Below are positions 9,954 to 18,890 of a DNA stretch of 64,000 nucleotides, one piece after another; positions within the stretch are counted from its first letter, which is position 1, and every line of letters starts with the position of its first letter. The translations under genes and the position numbers were made by a program. The notes beneath the pieces were generated by a model. The model worked only from the letters and a program-made list of their open reading frames with translations. It was not told where the DNA came from and ran no database searches. The DNA is taken from sequence record DRR378314_995. One strand, given 5' to 3'.

Positions 9954-10959
9954 GAATCACCTGATGACTGACGACACGCCTGATACGGTCCGCGATCCCA
10001 TTGCGCAATTGTCGTTCGCCTACCGCCGCTCTGAAGAAGCCTTGGCTGAAGGGGCGAGCGAAGCACTGGCGGAGGGCATACGCCGGGCAGAAGCAATCCT
10101 GTTTGCGGCTGGTGAGCCACTGAGTGCAGAGCAGATCTCGGAAACACTTCCTCATGGCGTAGAGGCCGCTGAAGTGCTTATGGCGCTCAAGGCGCAATAT
10201 GTCAGCCGTGGTGTCAATCTTGTGGAAGTGGCCGGGAAGTGGCGATTCCAGACGGCGCAGGATTTATCCTACCTGTTCGTCGAAGAACGTCAGGTACAGA
10301 AGCGACTCGGGCAGGCCACGCTGGAGACGCTTGCAATCATTGCATACGGCCAGCCCGTGACTCGGGCGGAGATTGAAGCAGTGCGCGGTGTCGCGGTTTC
10401 GAAAACAACTATCGATACTCTGCTGGAAACCGGCTGGGTAAAGATCAAGGGGCGCCGCAAAACACCCGGACAGCCGATCACCTACGGCACGACAGATGCA
10501 TTCATGGAGCATTTTGGGCTTGAAAGTCTCGACACCCTCCCTGGCAAAGCGGACCTCGAAGCCGAGGGCCTCTTGTCCGATGTAATTCCGGAAGGCTTCC
10601 AGATGCCTGACGAAGAAGCGCTGAATGGCGAAGAGATGCCGGAAGATGATTCCACTGCGCTTGAAGAGACTGAATCCTTTGTGACTGACTTCATGGACGC
10701 TGAGGAAGACGGAGATGAAGCGCAAGCCATCGTCGAGGACGCGGCACTGGAAAAAACGGGTACGGACGAAGCGCTTGAAGAAAACGAGGATGAAGACGCC
10801 GATACTGTCAGCGTTTTTTCCTATACGCGCGCGCCTCAGCGTACAGTCGTCGAGGAAGAGGAGTTTGACAGCGGAGACGTTAAGGCGGCCGTGATCCAGC
10901 TGTCCAAACAGCCGCGAATTCCCGAGCAACCCATGACCTCATGGGATGACGACGAATAG
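9940..10959 (+). CDS. scpB: Segregation and condensation protein B with a long acidic C-terminal tail
   Basis: EAILFAAGEPL, LETLAIIAYGQPVTRAEIEAVRGV, PGQPITYGTT..F..HFGL.SL..LP. Confidence 0.93.
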   Translation: MQPLENHLMTDDTPDTVRDPIAQLSFAYRRSEEALAEGASEALAEGIRRAEAILFAAGEPLSAEQISETLPHGVEAAEVLMALKAQYVSRGVNLVEVAGKWRFQTAQDLSYLFVEERQVQKRLGQATLETLAIIAYGQPVTRAEIEAVRGVAVSKTTIDTLLETGWVKIKGRRKTPGQPITYGTTDAFMEHFGLESLDTLPGKADLEAEGLLSDVIPEGFQMPDEEALNGEEMPEDDSTALEETESFVTDFMDAEEDGDEAQAIVEDAALEKTGTDEALEENEDEDADTVSVFSYTRAPQRTVVEEEEFDSGDVKAAVIQLSKQPRIPEQPMTSWDDDE

Positions 10960-10960
10960 G

Positions 10961-11569
10961 TCAGATCAGTGACATGGGCGAAAGTCTGAACCTTCGCTCG
11001 AAATCAAAGCGACCGATTATGTCGTCCTCAGACGTTCCCCACCCCATATTGTGAATCACAAGTGGCGTGCCAGAGTAGGACGTCCTGTCTGACACGATCC
11101 CAATATGCGGCAAGCTGCCCTTGTAGCGCATCGTATACAGATCACCAGATTTCCAATCGGTCACTTTGCTCGGTGTTGAAAGAGCGCTGCCATATCGTTC
11201 GATGAAGCGTTCGAGGTTCGGCACTCTGCGGTGGTCAATATTCCTGTCAGGTCGGGTGAGCCCCCAAACCGCTGGATAGGAGTCGAACGTCTCCGTCATG
11301 TCCTCATGGACGAGTTTCTGAAGGTCAATCTGAAAAGCGTCGCGGTAGGCACGAATAATAACGTCGGTGCAAACGCCCCGGACGCGTGGGATGTCGCCCA
11401 TCGGATAATCCAGTTGCACATAGGCAGGATCGTATGTCCGCGTCACGCCAATTTGCCTGCGCGCCGAATATACCAGCCGCGTGGACCAGGGAAGCGTTTC
11501 CTTGAAGAGCTGAGCCGGTGCCAAAGGCACGGCCAGGCCACAAAGAAGAGCAGAGCGACGGGTAAGCAT
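10961..11569 (-). CDS. DUF1287 family protein with twin-arginine-like N-terminus
   Basis: YDPAYV.L.YP.GD.P...GVCTDVIIRAYR, D.NIDHRRVPNL, LPHIGIVSD, LVIHN.G.G; starts MLTRRSALL. Confidence 0.8.
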   Translation of the reverse strand: MLTRRSALLCGLAVPLAPAQLFKETLPWSTRLVYSARRQIGVTRTYDPAYVQLDYPMGDIPRVRGVCTDVIIRAYRDAFQIDLQKLVHEDMTETFDSYPAVWGLTRPDRNIDHRRVPNLERFIERYGSALSTPSKVTDWKSGDLYTMRYKGSLPHIGIVSDRTSYSGTPLVIHNMGWGTSEDDIIGRFDFERRFRLSPMSLI

Positions 11570-11612
11570 GACGCTATTGCGCCATGCAGATCCGGCAGGA
11601 TTGGGGCGAAAT

Positions 11613-12284
11613 TCAGAAACCGTGTAGTTCGGCAATTTCGTCGAGCGGCGCGCGCTCAGCGCGGAGCGTGTTGACCGGGTGTTCCTTGTCCGGCTTGCCC
11701 ACCGCCATGGCGCACCAGACCATTTCCGTATCGGACAGCTTGAAGTGTTCTTTCAGGGCAGGGCGCAGCATTCCCCAACACTCCTGCATGCAGGTGCCCC
11801 AACCGCGCTCTTCGGCAAGCAGCGCCAACGTCTGCAGATACATGCCGGTGTGCCCCCATTGTCCGTGCCCCATTCTCTCGTCGATAATGATGAAGGCTGC
11901 GACTGGCGCACCGAAGAATCGGAAATTGTTGGCAAACCAGCCAAGGCGCGCAGCACGATCCTCGCGAGGAATGCCAAGCGCTTCATACATCATCTCACCT
12001 ACCTTCCGGCGGCGCGACTCGTGAGGCTCCCAGAGATCCTTTGGGTATATCGGACGATCTGTTGGCTGACCTTTCGGATTGGCTGCAAGCACTGGCGCGG
12101 CCATTCCGATAACAGCATCCTTGGCTGCTCCGCTGACAATGATCGTCCGCCAGGGCTGGGTGTTTCCACCAGAAGGGGCCCGCTGGGCCTGTTCCAGCCA
12201 GTCGCGGATTTCCGATTCCGGCAAGGCATCAGGCAGAAAGGCCCGAGTTGATATGCGTTGATCAACGGCTTTTGAAACGTCCAT
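11613..12284 (-). CDS. Nitroreductase family protein
   Basis: R.STRAF, RAPSGGNTQPW, NFRFFGAP, GMYLQTL.LLA.ERG.GTC.Q. Confidence 0.9.
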   Translation of the reverse strand: MDVSKAVDQRISTRAFLPDALPESEIRDWLEQAQRAPSGGNTQPWRTIIVSGAAKDAVIGMAAPVLAANPKGQPTDRPIYPKDLWEPHESRRRKVGEMMYEALGIPREDRAARLGWFANNFRFFGAPVAAFIIIDERMGHGQWGHTGMYLQTLALLAEERGWGTCMQECWGMLRPALKEHFKLSDTEMVWCAMAVGKPDKEHPVNTLRAERAPLDEIAELHGF

Positions 12285-12285
12285 G

Positions 12286-12319
12286 AAAAAACCTCCCATC
12301 TGGCAATGATGGGAGGTTT
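12286..12319 (-). terminator. Intrinsic terminator-like hairpin after the P450, overlapping the nitroreductase RBS
   Basis: 12-bp inverted repeat AAACCTCCCATC (12289-12300) / GATGGGAGGTTT (12308-12319), 7-nt loop; minus strand reads GGGAGG-TTTTTT-C-ATG. Confidence 0.65.
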
Positions 12320-12347
12320 AAAGGCTTAGCGTGGCGTCAGCCAAAGA

Positions 12348-13679
12348 CTATTTTCCATGCAGGACCACGGGCATCCAAGTGTAGCCTTTGACGAATGCGC
12401 CGGCCGTGAAGGATGGTTCGTCCATAACCTCAATGTGGCTGAAACGTTCCATCAGTTCCTGCCACAATATCTGAAGCTGTAGTTCAGCGAGACGATTGCC
12501 GACGCAGCGGTGGATGCCAAAGCCGAACGAGATATGACGGCGGGCATTCTCGCGATCGATAATGTAGTCGTTCGGGCGATCCCAGAAGCGCTCGTCGCGG
12601 TTTCCGGAAACATACCACATGGCGACCTGATCGCCCTTCTTGATGGTTTGGCCGTGTATCTCGACATCTTCAAGCGCTGTCCGGCGCATGTGTGCCAGAG
12701 GCGTTTGCCAGCGAATGGTTTCTGAAACCATGTTCGGGATGAGGGAGTGGTCGGCCTTCAGCTTTTCGTATTCAGCTGGGTATTTGTTAAGCGCGTAGAC
12801 AGATGCCGTCATCGAGTTGCGGGTTGTGTCATTGCCGCCAACGATCAGCAGGATCACATTGCCGAGCAATTCCATCGGCGTCATGTTCCTGGTTTTTTCG
12901 CCATGAGCCAGCAAACTTATCAGATCGTTCTTCAGGGGCTGTGCGCCGCGCTCCTGGAAGATCTGCATGAAGGTGGCGAGACACTCCATCATCTCGCGTT
13001 TCCACTGTTCTTCACCGCCAGGGCAGATGTCTGGATTGTTCATGCCGGTCGCCATATCGGACCAATGAGTGAGGTCTCGGCGCTTTTCGAATGGATAATC
13101 AAACAGCGTAGCCAGCATCATCGTGGTCAGTTCGATGGACACTTTGTCGACCCAGTCGAACGGCTCACCGACGGGCAGGGAATCAAGAAGACCCTGGGTT
13201 CGGGAGCGAATGAGCGGTTCAAACTCTTTCAGCATGTTGGGCGCAACGGCCGGCTGAACTGTTTTGCGCTGTTCTGAGTGTTGCGGTTCGTCCATTGCGA
13301 TGAACATCGGCAACTCGAAATCAGCGGGCGGGCTACCCAGAGTGATACCGCCATATTCCCAGCTGGAGGAGAAGCGCTTGTGGTCGGTATCTACCGCCAT
13401 GATGTCTTCGTAGCGGCTGATGGACCAGAACGGACCGACAAAAGAATCCGCTGTATAGTGAACGGGCGCTTCGTTGCGCAGGCGTTCAAAACGATCCCAC
13501 ATTTTTTGTTGGCGCCAGAGTTCAGGATCTTCCGGATGAAGCTCTGACAGCGGCAACTCGCTGGCTGGCGGCGCTGGCTGGCCAATTTCCAGATAGCCCT
13601 CAAACAATGGATCCCGATGAGAGATCTTTGGGCGTTGCAGGGCAGGGTGATCTAACAGGTGAACCGTATCGGCAGCCAT
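12348..13679 (-). CDS. Cytochrome P450, CYP153-like (terminal alkane/fatty acid hydroxylase-like)
   Basis: MFIAMDEP.H, MLATLFD.P...RR.LT.WSD, LLIVGGNDTTRNS, ETIRWQTP, heme motif FGFGIHRCVG. Confidence 0.88.
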   Translation of the reverse strand: MAADTVHLLDHPALQRPKISHRDPLFEGYLEIGQPAPPASELPLSELHPEDPELWRQQKMWDRFERLRNEAPVHYTADSFVGPFWSISRYEDIMAVDTDHKRFSSSWEYGGITLGSPPADFELPMFIAMDEPQHSEQRKTVQPAVAPNMLKEFEPLIRSRTQGLLDSLPVGEPFDWVDKVSIELTTMMLATLFDYPFEKRRDLTHWSDMATGMNNPDICPGGEEQWKREMMECLATFMQIFQERGAQPLKNDLISLLAHGEKTRNMTPMELLGNVILLIVGGNDTTRNSMTASVYALNKYPAEYEKLKADHSLIPNMVSETIRWQTPLAHMRRTALEDVEIHGQTIKKGDQVAMWYVSGNRDERFWDRPNDYIIDRENARRHISFGFGIHRCVGNRLAELQLQILWQELMERFSHIEVMDEPSFTAGAFVKGYTWMPVVLHGK

Positions 13680-13722
13680 GGATGTTCCTCCGACAGTGAG
13701 CCTTTGTCTCAGGCTCGATTTA

Positions 13723-13778
13723 TGACGTCGGCGTCACCTTAACATGGGTATTCTGAAAAAACTATGACGCAGGCGTCA
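13723..13778. promoter_or_regulatory. Two TGACG-N4-CGTCA palindromic operator-like sites upstream of the P450
   Basis: TGACGtcggCGTCA at 13723-13736 and TGACGcaggCGTCA at 13765-13778. Confidence 0.6.
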
Positions 13779-13781
13779 TTT

Positions 13782-14270
13782 TTATGAGAAATGTCGTTCG
13801 CGCCTTGATGCCAGCAGCGCCGCACGTATCGCATCGGCCAGCGATTTTCTCTCTGACAGCGTTAGGAACCGCCCAATAATGTAGGCTTTTTTTCCGTACT
13901 CGATTCGCAACCAGCTGCTGGCTGTCAGCGGTTCGTCCAGTTCGACTCGCGCGAATGCCGATGGAAGAGTCACACGCTTCTCGCCCCCTTTGTTGGGGGT
14001 ATGGGTGAGTTGCAGCTCGCTTGCGGTCACAATGATTCGCGTTTCTTCGCGTTGTTTTCTGAAGGAAGCACGGAAGAGAAAATAGAAGATCAGGGCATCC
14101 AGCCCAAAGAAGCCGATTACCGGAACAGCGCCCAGGGCCATGAACATCATGCCCGTAGCGAAACTGACGACGCCAACAATTGCCATTACAATGGCAAAAC
14201 CACGCTCGCTCAGCGATTGGTTGGGACGCAGCACCGCGTCCATGTAGACGATTTCCTGCTTTTCGGTCAT
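13782..14270 (-). CDS. DUF2244 family integral membrane protein
   Basis: L.PN.SL...GF, GAVPVIGFFGLD, IGRFL...ER..LA; divergent from nth as commonly seen in alphaproteobacteria. Confidence 0.8.
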   Translation of the reverse strand: MTEKQEIVYMDAVLRPNQSLSERGFAIVMAIVGVVSFATGMMFMALGAVPVIGFFGLDALIFYFLFRASFRKQREETRIIVTASELQLTHTPNKGGEKRVTLPSAFARVELDEPLTASSWLRIEYGKKAYIIGRFLTLSERKSLADAIRAALLASRRERHFS

Positions 14271-14324
14271 GCGAACTAGATAGCACGGTCTTGTTCGTCG
14301 GCGAGGGTTCATTAGACAGGCGGT

Positions 14325-15053
14325 ATGACAAAGCCAAAATCTCCCTCAAAACCGGCTTCAAAAAAGCGCCCGCCACGGGTGTTCGGTCGCGAGAAAGCCA
14401 CCGCCTTGTTCGCCGCACTCGCGCAGGACAGGCCGGACCCCAAGACCGAGCTGGATTTCGTCAATCCCTATACGCTGGTTGTCGCTGTCGCGCTGTCCGC
14501 TCAGGCGACAGATGTCGGCGTGAACAAGGCGACTGCGAAGTTGTTTGCTGTGGCGGACACGCCTGAGAAGATGCTTCAGCTGGGAGAGGAGGGTGTAGCC
14601 GAACACATCAAGACGATCGGCCTGTGGCGCAACAAAGCCAAGAACGTAATCGCGCTCAGCAAGATGCTGATCGAAACGTACGGCGGAAAAGTTCCGGAAA
14701 CGCGCGAGGAACTCGTCCAGTTGCCGGGCGTGGGACGCAAGACGGCGAATGTGGTGCTCAATGAGGCGTTTGGTCAGCCGACCATCGCCGTTGATACGCA
14801 TATATTCAGAGTATCAAATCGCACCGGGCTCGCCCCTGGTAAAAACCCGGACGAAGTTGAGGCGGGCCTGGAACGCGCGACGCCACCAGAGTTCAAGAAG
14901 GGCGCCCACCACTGGCTCATCCTTCATGGGCGATATGTCTGCAAGGCGAGGAAACCCGAGTGTTGGCATTGCGCGATCATTGATTTGTGCCGGTTCAAGC
15001 CAAAGACACCAGATCCGGCATCTGTTTCGGCTTTAGGCCCGAAATCCAATTGA
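14325..15053 (+). CDS. nth: Endonuclease III
   Basis: LSAQATDVGVN, HhH LPGVGRKTANVV, AVDTH, C-x6-C-x2-C-x5-C Fe-S motif. Confidence 0.96.
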   Translation: MTKPKSPSKPASKKRPPRVFGREKATALFAALAQDRPDPKTELDFVNPYTLVVAVALSAQATDVGVNKATAKLFAVADTPEKMLQLGEEGVAEHIKTIGLWRNKAKNVIALSKMLIETYGGKVPETREELVQLPGVGRKTANVVLNEAFGQPTIAVDTHIFRVSNRTGLAPGKNPDEVEAGLERATPPEFKKGAHHWLILHGRYVCKARKPECWHCAIIDLCRFKPKTPDPASVSALGPKSN

Positions 15054-15171
15054 GACACTGTGGCCCTGATGCACTGCTGAACCGGTGCCTCCAGTTCGCC
15101 CAAATTTAACCAAATCACGGCCATCTCCCCCCGACACGGCCTCTCGCAGGTTTTGAAATGGAGCGTACCGT

Positions 15172-15936
15172 ATGAAACATGTCGCCAAAATTCTCGTGAG
15201 CGCAGCGTCAGTCAGCCTGGTGTCGGCGCTACCGGCGATCGCCGAAGATGGTTGGTCAGGAGAAGCAGCCCTCAGCGCAGGTCTGACAACAGGGAACACT
15301 GAAACATCCGAAGCGGGACTGGCCGTCGATGTTGATCGAGCTTCCGGCGCATGGAATTTCGGCCTGCAGCTTTCAGGAGATTATGGCGAGGAAGACGGCA
15401 TTGAGAGCCGCAATCGCTATTTCCTAGCAGGCGACGTAGAGCATGATTTCAACGACACCATGTTTACGTTTGGTCGCACGTCTTACGAAGTCGACCAGTT
15501 CACCGGCTTTGACAGCCGCACCTTTGTCGGCGGCGGTGTCGGTTGGCACATTCTGGACGACGAAGACCACAATTGGACTGTTCGTGGCGGTCCCGGTTTC
15601 AAGATCGACGAAGTGAAGCGACAAGTCACGACAGATGCCAACACAGGCGCGGTGACCATCATTCCGGCCAGCACTGAAGAATCGCTCGGCGCCGTAGCCC
15701 AGTCGGAATACTTCTATGCCTTCAATGAGGCGGTATCCCTCAGCAACAAGACGAACGTCGTTTATGGTCAGGAGTCTACCCAGATCAACAACAGCATCGG
15801 TCTGACTGCAGCTTTGAACGGTCACCTGGCCGCTCGGGTGTCGTTTGACGTGCGGCACGATACATCGCCTCAGCCAACCTACGAGGCGACGGATACAGCG
15901 ACGAAATTCTCGCTGGTTTATACCCTTGGCGAGTAA
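15172..15936 (+). CDS. DUF481 family outer membrane beta-barrel protein (YdiY-like)
   Basis: Signal peptide, W.GE...G...TGNTET, D.F.GFD.R..VGGG.G, alternating beta strands, C-terminal LVY. Confidence 0.78.
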   Translation: MKHVAKILVSAASVSLVSALPAIAEDGWSGEAALSAGLTTGNTETSEAGLAVDVDRASGAWNFGLQLSGDYGEEDGIESRNRYFLAGDVEHDFNDTMFTFGRTSYEVDQFTGFDSRTFVGGGVGWHILDDEDHNWTVRGGPGFKIDEVKRQVTTDANTGAVTIIPASTEESLGAVAQSEYFYAFNEAVSLSNKTNVVYGQESTQINNSIGLTAALNGHLAARVSFDVRHDTSPQPTYEATDTATKFSLVYTLGE

Positions 15937-15939
15937 GCT

Positions 15940-16815
15940 CTAGCGCGCCCTGATACGTGCTGAGATGGCTTTGGCCATCAGCTCACCCAGGCGTGGTCCT
16001 TGTTCCGGATAGAGGTATGGCTCGATCAGTTCGAGTTCCATCAGGAGCAGGGACCCGTCTTCATGCCGGATCATATCAACACGAGCGTAGAGCGGCACGT
16101 CGTCCAATGTCGCCAGAACGTCTCTCGCGGCCTGAAGGTCCGATGCTGCGGGCGTAATCGCTTCTTCCTGACCGCCGTAGGACGATTGAATCCGGTAGTC
16201 GCCTTTTTTCGCGCGCTTGATCAGCGCATGAGACAAAGTCCCTTCAACGAAAATGAAGCTGTACTCTCCTTCGGTCTGGATGGTGGACACGAAAGGCTGC
16301 ACCATCATGGCATGGGACATATCTGGACGGGCGTCATTGCGCGACAGAAGATGCTGCCCGGCTGCACCAGCGCCGACTTGCCGTTTGAAGACGAGCTTTT
16401 CTGATTGAAGCGTGTCAAACGCTTGCAGGTAACGCGCGTCCGTCATCTCATCGATCCACAAGGTGGGAATCAAGTTTGCGCCGCGGTCGGCCAACTCTTT
16501 CAGATAGGATTTATGCGAGTTCCAACGCACAAGGCTGGCGGGGTTATGCACAATGGTTTCTCGTTCAATAGATTCCAGCGTCTTCAGGAATTCATCCTGT
16601 CGATCCCAGTAATCCCAGGTTGTTCCGATCAACGCAGCATCAAAACGGGACCAGTCTGCTGATTCATCATCCCAGCAGATGTCCAGGATCTGCATCCCGC
16701 GCTCAGCGAACTCCGGCCGCAGCGCACGCATCATGTAATCATGCTCGAATGCGTCTGATCGACGGATTGGTGAGCCCGGCTGGGTGACTTGCGAGGAGAG
16801 ATAAGCAACTTTCAT
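15940..16815 (-). CDS. ATP-grasp fold protein (RimK/glutathione synthetase-like, function unknown)
   Basis: TTWDY, WN.HK.YL, QPF...I..EGEYS, GDYRIQS.YGG, YARVD, LMELELIEPYLY. Confidence 0.75.
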   Translation of the reverse strand: MKVAYLSSQVTQPGSPIRRSDAFEHDYMMRALRPEFAERGMQILDICWDDESADWSRFDAALIGTTWDYWDRQDEFLKTLESIERETIVHNPASLVRWNSHKSYLKELADRGANLIPTLWIDEMTDARYLQAFDTLQSEKLVFKRQVGAGAAGQHLLSRNDARPDMSHAMMVQPFVSTIQTEGEYSFIFVEGTLSHALIKRAKKGDYRIQSSYGGQEEAITPAASDLQAARDVLATLDDVPLYARVDMIRHEDGSLLLMELELIEPYLYPEQGPRLGELMAKAISARIRAR

Positions 16816-16897
16816 TCGCAGGCCTTTAGCATGCAGCGCAGTTGCGTCCACAACTCAGCTCTGGCAATCGACCTGCTGGTATCAAGGAAATTGTGAA

Positions 16898-17896
16898 ATG
16901 AGTGAAATCCGCTTCGACGTCGTCGGCCTTGGAAATGCAATTGTAGATGTTCTGTCGCGCGCTGACGATTCCTTTCTCGAGAAGTGGGGTATCCACAAGG
17001 ATGCGATGAATCTCATTGAAGAGGATCGGGCGGAAGCATTGACTGAAGCGGCGATCGACCCGCTCTACACATCCGGCGGCAGCGGAGCGAACACGATTGC
17101 GGGCTTGGCAAGTTTCGGCGCAAAGGCCGCTTACATTGGCAAGGTTTCAAAGGATGAACTCGGCAGCCAGTTCACCAGGGAAATGGCTGCCACCGGTGTG
17201 CCCTTCGCCACGACGCCACTCGAAAGTGGACCCGCGACCGCGCGCAGCATCATCTTCGTAACCGATGATGGCGCGCGCAGCATGAACACCTTTCTCGGTG
17301 CATCGGTCCTTTTCTCGAAGAATGACGTAGACGAAGAGACGGTTCGCTCTGGTGGCATTCTGTACCTTGAAGGGTATCTGTTTGACCGTGAAGAAGCCAA
17401 GGAGGCTTTTGTTTTTGCGTCAGAGATTGCCCGGGCGGCGGGTCGCAAAGTTGCGCTCACCCTGTCAGACCGGTTCTGCGTTGATCGACATCGTGCCAGC
17501 TTCCTCCAACTCGTGCGGAACAATGTGGACATCGTATTCGCGAATGAGGAGGAGTTGCTGTCCCTATATCAGACCGACAATTTCGATGAAGCGCTCGCGT
17601 CACTTCAGGCCGACACCGCAATCGCCGCAGTCACGCGCAGCGAGAAAGGGTCTGTCGTCATAGGCGAGGGAGACCCGATCACGGTGGGGGCTGAACCTGT
17701 CTCAAACGTTGTTGATACGACCGGTGCTGGAGATCAATACGCCGCCGGGTTCCTTTATGGCATTTCACGAGGGCTTCCTTTGGCCACTTGTGCGCATCTT
17801 GGGCATATCGCCGCCGCGGAAGTCATTTCTCACTTCGGACCACGGCCTGAGACGTCCTACAAGGAGCTTGCAGAGGCGGCTGGCATCTACGCCTGA
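16898..17896 (+). CDS. PfkB family carbohydrate/adenosine kinase
   Basis: GLGNAIVD, SGGSGANT, YLEGYL, FANEEE, VDTTGAGD.YAAGF. Confidence 0.9.
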   Translation: MSEIRFDVVGLGNAIVDVLSRADDSFLEKWGIHKDAMNLIEEDRAEALTEAAIDPLYTSGGSGANTIAGLASFGAKAAYIGKVSKDELGSQFTREMAATGVPFATTPLESGPATARSIIFVTDDGARSMNTFLGASVLFSKNDVDEETVRSGGILYLEGYLFDREEAKEAFVFASEIARAAGRKVALTLSDRFCVDRHRASFLQLVRNNVDIVFANEEELLSLYQTDNFDEALASLQADTAIAAVTRSEKGSVVIGEGDPITVGAEPVSNVVDTTGAGDQYAAGFLYGISRGLPLATCAHLGHIAAAEVISHFGPRPETSYKELAEAAGIYA

Positions 17897-18492
17897 GCTT
17901 TGAGCGCTTCCACTGCATAATCCAGGCGATCGTGACCGAAGAACATTTCATCACCCACAAAGAAGGTTGGGGCGCCGAATGCGCCGCGTGCAATTGCTGA
18001 ATCGGTGTTGGATTGCATTGCTTCCCGGTTCGCCGGATCTTCAGCGAGGGCCATAACCTGACTGTACTCAAAGCCCTCGGCTTCGCACATGGCTTTGACC
18101 GATGATTTGTCGTCTGGTTTAAGGGCGGTCTCGGTCGCCCACATATGGCGGAAGACGGAATCCATGAAGCGTTTTTGTTCGGCTGGATTATTTGCGAGGC
18201 CACATGTCGCCCTCAGCAGGACGCGCGTGTTTACCATTGGAAAGTAGGGATTCATTCTAAAATCCAACCCGTAGCGCGAGGTGCAGCGCAGGAGGTCCTT
18301 CATCATGTAGGCCCCCTTCGCCGGCACCATACCTGGCGGGCGGTTGCCAGTGGATTGCATGACGGCCCCGAGGAACATGGGTTTGAATTTCACATCCACA
18401 TCAATTCGTTCTGCTAGTTGCGCTACTGCAGCATTGGCGACGTAAGAAAATGGGCTGATATAGTCGAAATAGAATTCAAGTGAGTCTGCCAT
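17887..18492 (-). CDS. 2-hydroxychromene-2-carboxylate isomerase / kappa-GST (DsbA fold)
   Basis: FYFDYISPFSY, K..Y...DL.R, GAFGAPTFFVGDEMFFGHDRL. Confidence 0.87.
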   Translation of the reverse strand: MADSLEFYFDYISPFSYVANAAVAQLAERIDVDVKFKPMFLGAVMQSTGNRPPGMVPAKGAYMMKDLLRCTSRYGLDFRMNPYFPMVNTRVLLRATCGLANNPAEQKRFMDSVFRHMWATETALKPDDKSSVKAMCEAEGFEYSQVMALAEDPANREAMQSNTDSAIARGAFGAPTFFVGDEMFFGHDRLDYAVEALKAQA

Positions 18493-18551
18493 GATCGCTC
18501 CGTAATGAGTGTCGTTTTGGAACTATGGCAAATCAGTATAGGTGTGTCAGC

Positions 18552-18890
18552 ATGAAATGGTCCGATCTATCAGATAATTGGTGTCCGGTTGCGCGAACGC
18601 TTTCCGTTGTTGGCGACCGCTGGACAATGCTTATTTTGCGCGATTGCTTTTTGGGTATGTCGCGGTTTGAACAATTCATTGAATCGAGTGGAATGACCCG
18701 GCACATCCTTGCCGACCGTCTCAAGCGGCTCGTTGAAGCGGGCGTGCTGGAGCGTGTTGCCTATACCACGACACCCAAACGCTACGATTATGTCCTGACG
18801 GAGAAGGGCAAGGAGCTGGCGCCCGCGCTGTTGTCACTTCGCGATTGGGGCAAAAAACACTTGCCGGTGCGCCGGGCGACGTCTGCCTGA
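18552..18890 (+). CDS. HxlR family winged-helix transcriptional regulator
   Basis: CPVARTL.VVGDRWT.LILRD..LG..RF, L..RLK.LV..G, Y.LTEKG.EL; divergent from the isomerase. Confidence 0.9.
   Translation: MKWSDLSDNWCPVARTLSVVGDRWTMLILRDCFLGMSRFEQFIESSGMTRHILADRLKRLVEAGVLERVAYTTTPKRYDYVLTEKGKELAPALLSLRDWGKKHLPVRRATSA

Noticed and set aside
18508..18524. AGT-N11-ACT as the HxlR operator
   Set aside because: Only 4 of 8 positions are palindromic; plausible location but insufficient support.
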